NCBI GenBank assembly: GCA_018364155.1 | Contig: JAGZMM010000003.1 | Location: 100,225-164,224, forward strand | Length of the DNA: 64,000 bases | Direction of reading: 5' to 3' | DNA from: Clostridiales bacterium | GTDB taxonomy: Bacteria > Bacillota > Clostridia > Oscillospirales > Acutalibacteraceae | Part shown: positions 37,554 through 45,781 of the stretch, in pieces | Layout: each line of letters begins with the position of its first letter | How positions within the stretch are numbered: position 1 is the stretch's first letter | Translations under genes and position numbers: made by a program | Notes under the pieces: generated by a model | The model's database searches: none | The model's input: the letters and a program-made list of their open reading frames with translations, nothing else | What the model was told of the DNA's origin: nothing

Positions 37554-39719
37554 ATGAAAAACATTCTTTCCATTTTTGTCACCGATCTTAGGCGTCTTGC
37601 CACCAACTGGATTGCACTGGTGGTGGCCGTCGGTATCATCGTCATTCCCTCCCTCTATGCTTGGTTCAACATTGCTGCCAACTGGGATCCCTATTCCAAT
37701 ACTCAAGGCATCCGGGTGGCAGTTGCCAGCCAGGACGAGGGTACCACCCTGGAAGGAACTGAGTTGAACATCGGACGCATGATTGTCGAAAAGCTCGCTA
37801 CCAATCGCCAAATTGGTTGGGAAATTATGGACAACGCCGATGAGGCCATGGAAGGGGTGAAAAGCGGAGAGTATTACGCCACCATCCTCATTCCCGCCGA
37901 TTTCAGCGAAAAAATCTCCAGCTTTCTCACAAGCGACATTCGTCGTCCTACCATTGAGTACTATGTCAATGAAAAGAAAAACGCCATTGCTCCCAAAATC
38001 ACCGACAAGGGGGTGGGCGTGGTACAGCAGGAGGTCAACAAGACCTTTATTGCTACCGTGACCGAAGTGGCCGGCAAAGCCCTCAACCTGACCGATGAAA
38101 CGCTCCAAAGCGGCGGACGCTCGGCCATGGATGCCCTCCTTTCTTCCCTGGAACAGGCAAGTGGAAACCTTGACGAGATTTCCGTCACCCTCGGTTCTTT
38201 GGAAAGTGCAGCTCTCTCGGTATCCGATGCTGCCGACCTGCTTTCCCTGGCTCTTCCTGACGGAAACGCTCTCCTGGCCGACGGACAGCAGACCGTCACC
38301 GATATAAAAGGGGTCATCACCTCCTCGCGCCAGCTTTCCCGGCTTCTCTCTTCTTCCCTAGACACGGTGAGTTCCTCCGCCTCTACGCTTGTCCAGTCGT
38401 CCGGGCGGGAACTCGACGCCGCGCTCGACCGCTTGGATACGGGACGGGAAGGTGCAGTGGAATCGCTTACCTCTGCCAAAACCGCCAGCGACCGGGTACT
38501 GCTCTTATGCCGTTCTCTCTCCTCCGCCCTTGAGTCTTTGCATGAACGGTTCCCCGACCTGCAGCTTCTCTCGAAAGCCTGTGACCAGATCGCCACCCTG
38601 ATCCAAAAGCAGCAACAGCTGAGCGACCGGCTTTCCTCGGCCATCGCCGACCTAAACGCCTCCGGCGAACTTTCCGCGCAAAAGCGTCAGGAGCTCAAGG
38701 CTTTGGCAGCAACGCTTTCATCGGATTGGCAGGCTTTTGATTCGCTTCTTCACTCTCAGCTGGCTCCCCAGCTCACCTCCACTATGGATGGGGTCTTCGA
38801 TACGCTCACCGATTTCTCTGGGCTTTTGTCCTCCACCAGCCGCTCCACTTCCCTGCTGGCAGATTCGACGGACAGTCTCAAAAGCGCTCTGTCTCACGGG
38901 GTAGACGCGTTGCACGGCACTCAGTCTTTGATTGACAGTGCCAAAGGACGGCTCGACCAGGTACTCGGGGAACTGCGGGGCGTATCTGAGGGTGAAGCCA
39001 TTCAAAAACTCGAAACGCTTATGCAAAACGATCCCTCTCTGATGGCAAACTTTCTGTCCGAGCCAGTAGAGGTGGAGTCCACCTCCCTCTACCCCACTGG
39101 CAACTACGGCTCCGCCATGGCGCCCTTCTACACCATCCTGGCCATCTGGGTGGGTGGTCTGGTGCTCGTGGCAATTCTCAAGGCCCGGGTAAAGGAAGAA
39201 GAGAAATACGCTCACTTTAAGCCCTACCAGCTTTACTTCGGCCGCTACCTGCTCTTCATGCTTTGCGGCATTCTCCAGGCTCTTATCGTCTGCCTGGGCG
39301 ACTTGTATCTTCTGCACATTCAATGCCAGAATCCGGGTCTATTTATACTGGCCGGTGTCTGCTCGAGCGTGGTGTTCACCCTGCTTATCTATACTCTGAC
39401 CGTTTCCTTCGGAGACGTGGGCAAAGCCATCGCCGTCATTCTTCTGGTCATCCAGGTGGCGGGGGCTGGCGGCACCTTTCCCATCGAGGTCACACCGGAC
39501 TTTTTCAAGGCCGTCAACCCCTTCCTTCCCTTCACCGCCGGCATTAACGCCATGCGGGAAACCATTGCCGGGATGTACGGCAATCACTATCTGCTCAATC
39601 TGCTGGGGCTGTTCGCCCATATACCTGTAGCGCTGGTCATTGGCCTAGTACTTCGAAAGCCTTTGATCCGGATGAACGAATTCTTCGAGCGGCGGCTGGA
39701 AGAAACCAAGCTAATGTAA
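37554..39719 (+). CDS. YhgE/Pip domain-containing membrane protein
   Basis: N-terminal TM, large extracytoplasmic domain with heptad repeats, and a C-terminal ABC-2-like five-TM domain. Typical YhgE N-terminus NIAANWDPYSNTQGIRVAV. Confidence 0.85.
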   Translation: MKNILSIFVTDLRRLATNWIALVVAVGIIVIPSLYAWFNIAANWDPYSNTQGIRVAVASQDEGTTLEGTELNIGRMIVEKLATNRQIGWEIMDNADEAMEGVKSGEYYATILIPADFSEKISSFLTSDIRRPTIEYYVNEKKNAIAPKITDKGVGVVQQEVNKTFIATVTEVAGKALNLTDETLQSGGRSAMDALLSSLEQASGNLDEISVTLGSLESAALSVSDAADLLSLALPDGNALLADGQQTVTDIKGVITSSRQLSRLLSSSLDTVSSSASTLVQSSGRELDAALDRLDTGREGAVESLTSAKTASDRVLLLCRSLSSALESLHERFPDLQLLSKACDQIATLIQKQQQLSDRLSSAIADLNASGELSAQKRQELKALAATLSSDWQAFDSLLHSQLAPQLTSTMDGVFDTLTDFSGLLSSTSRSTSLLADSTDSLKSALSHGVDALHGTQSLIDSAKGRLDQVLGELRGVSEGEAIQKLETLMQNDPSLMANFLSEPVEVESTSLYPTGNYGSAMAPFYTILAIWVGGLVLVAILKARVKEEEKYAHFKPYQLYFGRYLLFMLCGILQALIVCLGDLYLLHIQCQNPGLFILAGVCSSVVFTLLIYTLTVSFGDVGKAIAVILLVIQVAGAGGTFPIEVTPDFFKAVNPFLPFTAGINAMRETIAGMYGNHYLLNLLGLFAHIPVALVIGLVLRKPLIRMNEFFERRLEETKLM

Positions 39720-39751
39720 GCTATTGGCCGGAACGGATATTCCAAACGCCA

Positions 39752-39800
39752 AGGGAGGCGCGGCGAAACTTCGCCGCACCTCCCTTGTTTGCGTGGTATT
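39752..39800. terminator. Terminator hairpin between the convergent YhgE and gerB genes
   Basis: gggaggcgcggcgaa / ttcgccgcacctccc stem with one mismatch, followed by a T-rich run. Confidence 0.6.
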
Positions 39801-39863
39801 TTGCGTCCGGCTCGCCTCGGGCTTTCCTTCTTCTACCACCTGCTAAAAACAAGCACAACGCAT

Positions 39864-40949
39864 TTACAGCTTTTTGCGCAGCTTTCCCGTTAACAGCAAC
39901 AGAATTGGGATTCCCACTCCCATCACCAGATTTACCGGTAAAATCAACTGGGTGTACAGCCGGCGCAGCTCCAGCGTATTGCTGCCGATTGCCAGGGAAA
40001 GCACAAACACCAGGATGGCGAAAACGTTTGCATAAGCATTGGACTTATGGGCACCGGAAAGAAAGCTGGTAAGCTTGAGACACAAGAAAGCCAGAAGGGT
40101 GACGATGACAAAATCTCCCACCGTCAGCGCCGCCACCACGGCCGCCTCCACCCGCTCGATGGTACCGAACAGAGATACGCTCTTTGCTGCGGCAAAGAAT
40201 GGGAAGCTCATCTTGGAAACCGTGTCATGTCCGAACAGCCCCACCGGAATCGCTACCGCCAGCACTAGAAAGGCAGAAAGAACGCCGACGGTGATCAGGC
40301 CCCCTTTTTGGAACCGATGCCGGTCCCGCAGATTGTCCGAGAAAAAGAGGAAAATCACCATGTAACAAAGGATGGCGGTAAAAATCACACCGCCGCCCAG
40401 GACCGGCAGGGTATCCTGCCAGGAAACCGGAGTTAGGTTCTTTGTCTCCACCGATTGGCTCAGCGCTCCATAACAGATCACATAAACCGCCACAATGGCA
40501 AAGAAGAAAAGCGTGCCCGCACGGGCGATGGATTTGAGTCCCAGCTTGACTGTATAAAGGACCGCAAAGAGCATGACCACCAGAAAGACAGCGATGCTCG
40601 TTTCGGTAAAAATGGTGGTGATGATGCGTTCGCCGAACTGACGCAGGTAAAAGGCGCACAGCAAGGTTCCCCACAGCAGATAGAGGACGTTGACCGCCAT
40701 GCCTACCGGCTTGCCAAACACCTGGCAAAACACCTCCGACAGCCCTCGTTCTCCCATGCGCCGTACCAGGTACCCATACAGGAAAAAAAGGGGCAGAAAA
40801 AGAAGGCCGCCTGCCAATGGGATGAGCCAGGAGGCCGTTTTTCCGATGTGCGCGGCTTCCGGTACCAGCAGCGGCAGGGACGGTACCCCCAGAAACAGCA
40901 AAAACAGCACGAACATCTGCCGCACCGACAGGGTATTTTTCTCATTCAT
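39864..40949 (-). CDS. Spore germination protein, GerAB/GerKB family (APC-like permease subunit)
   Basis: 361 aa, about 10 TM segments. N-terminus LSVRQMFVLFLLFLG is typical of B subunits. Confidence 0.85.
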   Translation of the reverse strand: MNEKNTLSVRQMFVLFLLFLGVPSLPLLVPEAAHIGKTASWLIPLAGGLLFLPLFFLYGYLVRRMGERGLSEVFCQVFGKPVGMAVNVLYLLWGTLLCAFYLRQFGERIITTIFTETSIAVFLVVMLFAVLYTVKLGLKSIARAGTLFFFAIVAVYVICYGALSQSVETKNLTPVSWQDTLPVLGGGVIFTAILCYMVIFLFFSDNLRDRHRFQKGGLITVGVLSAFLVLAVAIPVGLFGHDTVSKMSFPFFAAAKSVSLFGTIERVEAAVVAALTVGDFVIVTLLAFLCLKLTSFLSGAHKSNAYANVFAILVFVLSLAIGSNTLELRRLYTQLILPVNLVMGVGIPILLLLTGKLRKKL

Positions 40950-40984
40950 TTCAGCTCACACCTTTATTGAAGCAATGGGGGCAT

Positions 40985-41163
40985 TAGCCCAGCAGCAGAC
41001 GGGTCAGGCTCATTTGCGTGGGGTTGAGGAAATAGGCGACGCCGAGTCCCAGCGCCAGCAAGGCAAAAACCAGATAGGTGATTACCGCCCGCTTTTCCTT
41101 GCCGCAATCCTTCCACAGGTCAAAGGCGGTCACCGCTGCGAGGGTCAACAAAAATATGGTCAT
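40985..41163 (-). CDS. Small two-TM membrane protein, 59 aa, embedded in the germinant receptor operon; not in the ORF track
   Basis: ATG preceded by AGGAGG with a 7-nt spacer. Sequence MTIFLLTLAAVTAFDLWKDCGKEKRAVITYLVFALLALGLGVAYFLNPTQMSLTRLLLG, with two hydrophobic helices. Sits between gerC and gerB. Confidence 0.5.
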
Positions 41164-41183
41164 GGGGTGTTCCTCCTATTTGC

Positions 41184-42389
41184 TCATTCTTCCATGCCGA
41201 GGCCCTGGTTGACCGTATAAAAGCTCAGAATCTGGGATTTCATCTCCACCTTTACCGTCAATGTGGGATAGAGCGTTTCCCACCGGTCTTTCACCCGGTC
41301 CCACCAATCCGGATCGCTGCGGTAGAGATGGTCCGCAAGGCCCAGATAATCCATCCCGTCCGCCTGAGCCTGGGCGATCACTCGTTGCATCTCGTCCTTT
41401 AGCTGGCTGGAAAGATTGTCCTCCAGCTGCTGCATGGTATCCTCGGTAAAGCGCAGCTCCTGGGCCTTGGCGGTTCCATCCAGGCCGACCCGTTCGGTGA
41501 TATTGGCCGCCAGGTCGACTCGGAAGGTGAACGCAGGCTTTCCATCCTCCTCTTGGACGGAAAGGTCCACGCTTGCATTGAGCAACTGGGCCGACAGTTT
41601 TCCGATGTCCTCCACCGACAATACCGCCACTGAGTTTTGAAACCGGCCGGTCAGCAGATTATAGGCCTTTGCCGCGTCCTTTTCCAGGTAGCGCAGCAGC
41701 TTGGTATCTTGGAAGACACCGTACCCCTCTATAGAGATGGTGGCGGCCCCGCCGGTGCCTTCTTCCTTTTTGGCAATGGTCACGGCTGGTAAAATCGGAT
41801 CGAGCGTTTCCTCTTCCGTGGCCTGCACCACCTGGCGCAGTTGGATTTCACTCGAGTAGGACATTTCTCCTGCGTCCAGCAGGAGGGACTGAATGGTTTC
41901 AAAAGAAGTGGCGCCGTCGTCGCTGTTGCAGCGCAGGACTTCTTCCGCTGTCGTCCCCTTGGCCACCACGATATGAAGATTCATACGCATATCCTGGTCA
42001 CGGGTGACAAAATCAATGTATTTGCCCAGATCGTCCCGGGCCGCTTCTTCGCCTACAATGATCAGATCCACCTGCCCCAAGTAAACGGTGTTGCTCATGT
42101 AGGTCTGCGCCTTTTTGAGCGCTTCAAAAAAGGTCCGTCCGTCGCCGATAACCACGTTGTTGATCTCCTCGGTGGATCCTTGCAGGCTTTCCTGGTCCCG
42201 GCTCATGGCCGGGGCAAACGTCACGCGCATGGCATCGTCGGAAAGCTTATCCACTCCGATGGCCTGAACCAGGGTTTTGCGGGTCAGTTCCTCCCGCTGA
42301 GGCAAATTTGTCTTGCTGCCGGCATTTACGGAAAACACCAGGGCAAAGAGGAACAGGCTGCCGATGAGTGCCTTGGTATTTCGTTTCAT
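41184..42389 (-). CDS. Spore germination protein, Ger(x)C family
   Basis: Signal peptide followed by a GerAC-like domain. Start ATG 42387-42389 overlaps the gerA stop (ATGA). Confidence 0.85.
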   Translation of the reverse strand: MKRNTKALIGSLFLFALVFSVNAGSKTNLPQREELTRKTLVQAIGVDKLSDDAMRVTFAPAMSRDQESLQGSTEEINNVVIGDGRTFFEALKKAQTYMSNTVYLGQVDLIIVGEEAARDDLGKYIDFVTRDQDMRMNLHIVVAKGTTAEEVLRCNSDDGATSFETIQSLLLDAGEMSYSSEIQLRQVVQATEEETLDPILPAVTIAKKEEGTGGAATISIEGYGVFQDTKLLRYLEKDAAKAYNLLTGRFQNSVAVLSVEDIGKLSAQLLNASVDLSVQEEDGKPAFTFRVDLAANITERVGLDGTAKAQELRFTEDTMQQLEDNLSSQLKDEMQRVIAQAQADGMDYLGLADHLYRSDPDWWDRVKDRWETLYPTLTVKVEMKSQILSFYTVNQGLGMEE

Positions 42390-43870
42390 CCTTTTGTCCT
42401 CCGCCTTGTCTTGTTCTGATTTCCCAAGAATTCCGGCCGCTTTTGATCCTGCAGGAAGGGGCGGCGGAAATAACTGTCCTTGGTTTTGGTGTGGCCGCCG
42501 ATAATCGGCGCCATATAGGGCACGCCCAGCACCTCCAGGCTGCAAATGCGCAGGGTGAGTAAAATAGCGCCCAGTACCAAGCCCACCAAGCCCAGCACCC
42601 CGCTAAACAGCAACAGCACGAACCGCCATACCCGTACAGCGTTGCTCAAGTCCTGGCTGGGAAGGGTAAAGGACGCGATGGCAGTAATGGCCACCACGAT
42701 GACCACTGCCGGAGAGATGAGCTTTGCGCTGACCGCTGCTTCCCCCACAATCAGCGCCCCCACAATGGACACCGCCTGCCCGATGTTTTTTGGCATGCGA
42801 AGGCCCGCCTCGATAAGCACTTCAAAGGCCACCAGCATGACCACCATTTCAATGAGCTCGTCGAAAGGAACTTCCAGCCGCGCCTTCATAATCGACTGCA
42901 CCAGCCGTGAAGGCAGCATTTCCTGGTGAAAGGACAAAATAGAAACGTAAAAGCCGGGGAGCAACAGCGTCACTCCCATAAGCAAGAACCGCAGCACTCG
43001 GATGGCGGAGGCAAACACCGGATGGCGCGCATAATCCTCAGGTGCCTGCATCTGCTGCAAAATGCTCCCGGGCACCAGCAAAGCGAAGGGGAACCCGTCG
43101 ATGATGATGCCGATGTAGCCTTCGTTGATGTCGGCGCAGAAGGAGTCGGGGCGTTCGGTGTTGGTGACCTGAGGGAAAATGGAATTGTCGTCCCCGCACA
43201 GTGCTTCCTCCACGATGCCCAGGGAAGCGATGGAATCCACGTCCATGCCCAAAAGGCAGTCCTTGGCTTTCTGGACCAAATCCGGATTCGCGGTGTTTTG
43301 CAGATAAACCACAGCGATGTTGGTGTTGGACTGGCGCCCCACCGTCACGGTTTCCACCACGATGTCCGGCGAATGCAGGCGGCTGCGCACTAAGGCGGTG
43401 TTGATGAGCCAGCGTTCTACAAACGCGTCCTTGCCGCCTTTTGTGATGTTTTCATTGGTGGGCTCGGACACGCTTCGCACAAAGGTAGACTTGATTTCAA
43501 AGGTATAGGCTTCGGCGGCGCCGTCGAAAAACAGGGCCGCGCTGCCGGTGAGCATCTGCTTAATAATAACGTCGGCTTCGGTCTGTTTTTTCTGGTCCGG
43601 GCAGTAGATGCCGCCCGAATCGATGTAGGCGTACAGGTCCTCCACCGTAGCATCCGCCTCGAACCGGTGCTCCACCAAAGAACGCATCACCAGCTCGCTC
43701 AATTGCCCGGAATTGATCATCCCGTCGAGAAACACGAACGCGCCCTGAAACCGCTGCCCGATGAGAATGGGCCGCACGCGAAAGTCGCTGTTCTTCTGAA
43801 GCTTTGCGCAGACCTGGTCAAACAGCGGCGTTTTCTTTTGAAAGTGGGCCTTTTTCTGCATATCTTCCAT
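42386..43870 (-). CDS. Spore germination protein, GerAA/GerKA family
   Basis: Soluble N-domain plus a C-terminal 5-6 TM segment block. Start at ATG 43868-43870, which has AGGAAGGG. Track ORF is over-extended to 44077. Confidence 0.85.
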   Translation of the reverse strand: MEDMQKKAHFQKKTPLFDQVCAKLQKNSDFRVRPILIGQRFQGAFVFLDGMINSGQLSELVMRSLVEHRFEADATVEDLYAYIDSGGIYCPDQKKQTEADVIIKQMLTGSAALFFDGAAEAYTFEIKSTFVRSVSEPTNENITKGGKDAFVERWLINTALVRSRLHSPDIVVETVTVGRQSNTNIAVVYLQNTANPDLVQKAKDCLLGMDVDSIASLGIVEEALCGDDNSIFPQVTNTERPDSFCADINEGYIGIIIDGFPFALLVPGSILQQMQAPEDYARHPVFASAIRVLRFLLMGVTLLLPGFYVSILSFHQEMLPSRLVQSIMKARLEVPFDELIEMVVMLVAFEVLIEAGLRMPKNIGQAVSIVGALIVGEAAVSAKLISPAVVIVVAITAIASFTLPSQDLSNAVRVWRFVLLLFSGVLGLVGLVLGAILLTLRICSLEVLGVPYMAPIIGGHTKTKDSYFRRPFLQDQKRPEFLGNQNKTRRRTKG

Positions 43871-44104
43871 GGCCGTCCCTTCCTTTCTATAAAAAAGCGC
43901 CCGCAACCTTTTCCCATTGGCGCATTCTGGTTTTATTGTGCGCGGCTTTCCGGGAAAACATGCATGTTCTTTTACCAAAGCCCCTCCTTTCGGAGCGCGA
44001 AAACTCATTTTTGTGTCCGTTCCTTCCGGCGGCAGTTTCCCGGGAAAACTGGGTCCGACGCTTTTTGCCCTTTTCACAAGCGCCGTCGGCCCCCTAATTT
44101 TGCG

Positions 44105-44138
44105 GACAAAAACGCCCGGCAGCCATGACTGCCGGGCG
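44105..44138 (-). terminator. Rho-independent terminator of the aldo/keto reductase gene
   Basis: 10-bp stem cgcccggcag / ctgccgggcg, followed on the minus strand by UUUUUGU. Confidence 0.7.
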
Positions 44139-44212
44139 TATATAAAAACACCGGGCGGAGAACTCTGCTGTCACACAGGGTTTTCCGCCCGGTCGTCGTT
44201 CGGTTTCGCGGC

Positions 44213-45223
44213 TTATACCACGCCGTTTAAAATATCGTCAATGCTCTTGAGCTCTTCCTCGGTAAAGGTGAGGTTTTCAATCGCCTTGACGTTTTCCTCA
44301 ATCTGGGAAACCCGGCTCGCGCCGATGATCACCGAGGTCATCCGGCTGTCCCGCAGGTCCCACGCAAGCGCCATCTGCGCCAGACTCTGGCCCCGCTCGG
44401 CGGCAATGACGTTTAGCTTTCTCGACTTCTCGATAAGCTCCTCTGTGACCACGTTCTGCCCGATGGAACCGTTCATCGGATGGGTAATGCGCGAATCGGC
44501 AGGCACGCCGCCCAGGTACCGGCTGGTAAGCACGCCCTGGAACAGCGGGCAAAACGCCACCAGGCCCATGCCTTCCTCTTCCACCACATCCAGCAGCCCG
44601 TTCTCAATGTCCCGGTAATGCATGTGATAGCGCTGCTGCTGAATGGTCAGCGGCACGCCCATCGACCGAATGACGCGGGAGGCTTCCTTGGTCTGCTCCG
44701 GCGTATAGTTGGAAACGCCCACATACAGCGCCTTGCCGGACTTGACGATGTCCGCCAGCGCCCCCATGGTTTCCTCAATAGGCGTGTCCGGATCGGGACG
44801 GTGGTGATAGAAAATATCCACATAGTCAAGGCCCATCCGCTTTAAGCTCTGGTCCAGAGAGGAAATCAGGTACTTGCGGGAGCCGTGGTCCCCGTAAGGG
44901 CCGTCCCAACCCTTGTAACCGGCCTTGGTGGTAATCACCATCTCGTCCCGGTGAGGCTTAAAGTCCTCCCGGAGCACCTTTCCGAACAGCTCTTCCGCGC
45001 CGCCGGAAGGGGGGCCGTAGTTGTTCGCCAGATCGAACTGGGTAACACCCAGGTCAAACGCGCGCAGAAGCATCTGGCGGCAGTTGTCGTAATTGTTGAC
45101 GGTGCCGAAATTCTGCCACAGGCCGAAGGAAATCACCGGCAGCATCAGCCCGCTGCGTCCGCAGCGGCGAAAGGGCATGGTGTCGTACCGTGCCGGGTCG
45201 GCTTTATAAACCTCGTAAGGCAT
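44213..45223 (-). CDS. Aldo/keto reductase (YghZ/Tas-like)
   Basis: AKR family motifs (GLWQNFG, DLANNYG, ITTKAG). Start at ATG 45221-45223, which has AGGAGG. Track ORF is over-extended to 45343. Confidence 0.9.
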   Translation of the reverse strand: MPYEVYKADPARYDTMPFRRCGRSGLMLPVISFGLWQNFGTVNNYDNCRQMLLRAFDLGVTQFDLANNYGPPSGGAEELFGKVLREDFKPHRDEMVITTKAGYKGWDGPYGDHGSRKYLISSLDQSLKRMGLDYVDIFYHHRPDPDTPIEETMGALADIVKSGKALYVGVSNYTPEQTKEASRVIRSMGVPLTIQQQRYHMHYRDIENGLLDVVEEEGMGLVAFCPLFQGVLTSRYLGGVPADSRITHPMNGSIGQNVVTEELIEKSRKLNVIAAERGQSLAQMALAWDLRDSRMTSVIIGASRVSQIEENVKAIENLTFTEEELKSIDDILNGVV

Positions 45224-45492
45224 GGGGTTTCTCCTCCTTCTCTCGATTACAGGTGGATAAGGGTTCGCTGTTACTATACCATAATCAAAATAAAATTGCC
45301 AGTGTTCGTCAAAACAAGTGTATGGAAATATCGTGCCTATCACGGAATTTCGAACAGATAGACGCTACCGCTCGATTGCAAATCCGGGCTTCCTAATGGA
45401 ATTCTGCGTCATCTTTGCGTCAACACTTCGTCAATTTTCCACAAGGGCTGCTCCATATGGTACGATGCAGACAGAAAAGGAGGTGAACCAGG

Positions 45493-45702
45493 ATGCAAAC
45501 GCGGCTCAAAGAACTGCGGCAGGAGCGGGGGCTGACACCCTCCCAGGCAGCCCTTGCCGCCGGGATTACACGGAAAACCTACCTGCGGTACGAAGAAGGG
45601 ACCGGGCGGGTCAAGCTGGCAGCCTTGGTACGCTTAGCTGATTTCTATGCATGCAGCATGGAATACCTGCTTGGGCATACGGATATCCGGGAGCTGCCCT
45701 AG
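45493..45702 (+). CDS. XRE-family helix-turn-helix transcriptional regulator (69 aa)
   Basis: LKELRQERGLTPSQAALAAGITRKTYLRYEEG HTH. AAAGGAGG RBS. Confidence 0.8.
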   Translation: MQTRLKELRQERGLTPSQAALAAGITRKTYLRYEEGTGRVKLAALVRLADFYACSMEYLLGHTDIRELP

Positions 45703-45734
45703 CCACTATTTCTTGTCTGATCGCCCTTCTCAAG

Positions 45735-45778
45735 CAAAAAAGGGTTGCCGTACGAGTACGGCAACCCTTTTCTTTTGT
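45735..45778. terminator. Bidirectional terminator between the XRE gene (+) and ispH-rpsA (-)
   Basis: aagggttgccgta-cgag-tacggcaaccctt, flanked by AAAAA and TTCTTTTG. Confidence 0.75.
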
Positions 45779-45781
45779 CTC

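Noticed and set aside
43917-44618. 233-aa plus-strand ORF
   Set aside because: Spans the ger operon promoter region and lies antisense to the aldo/keto reductase. No motifs.
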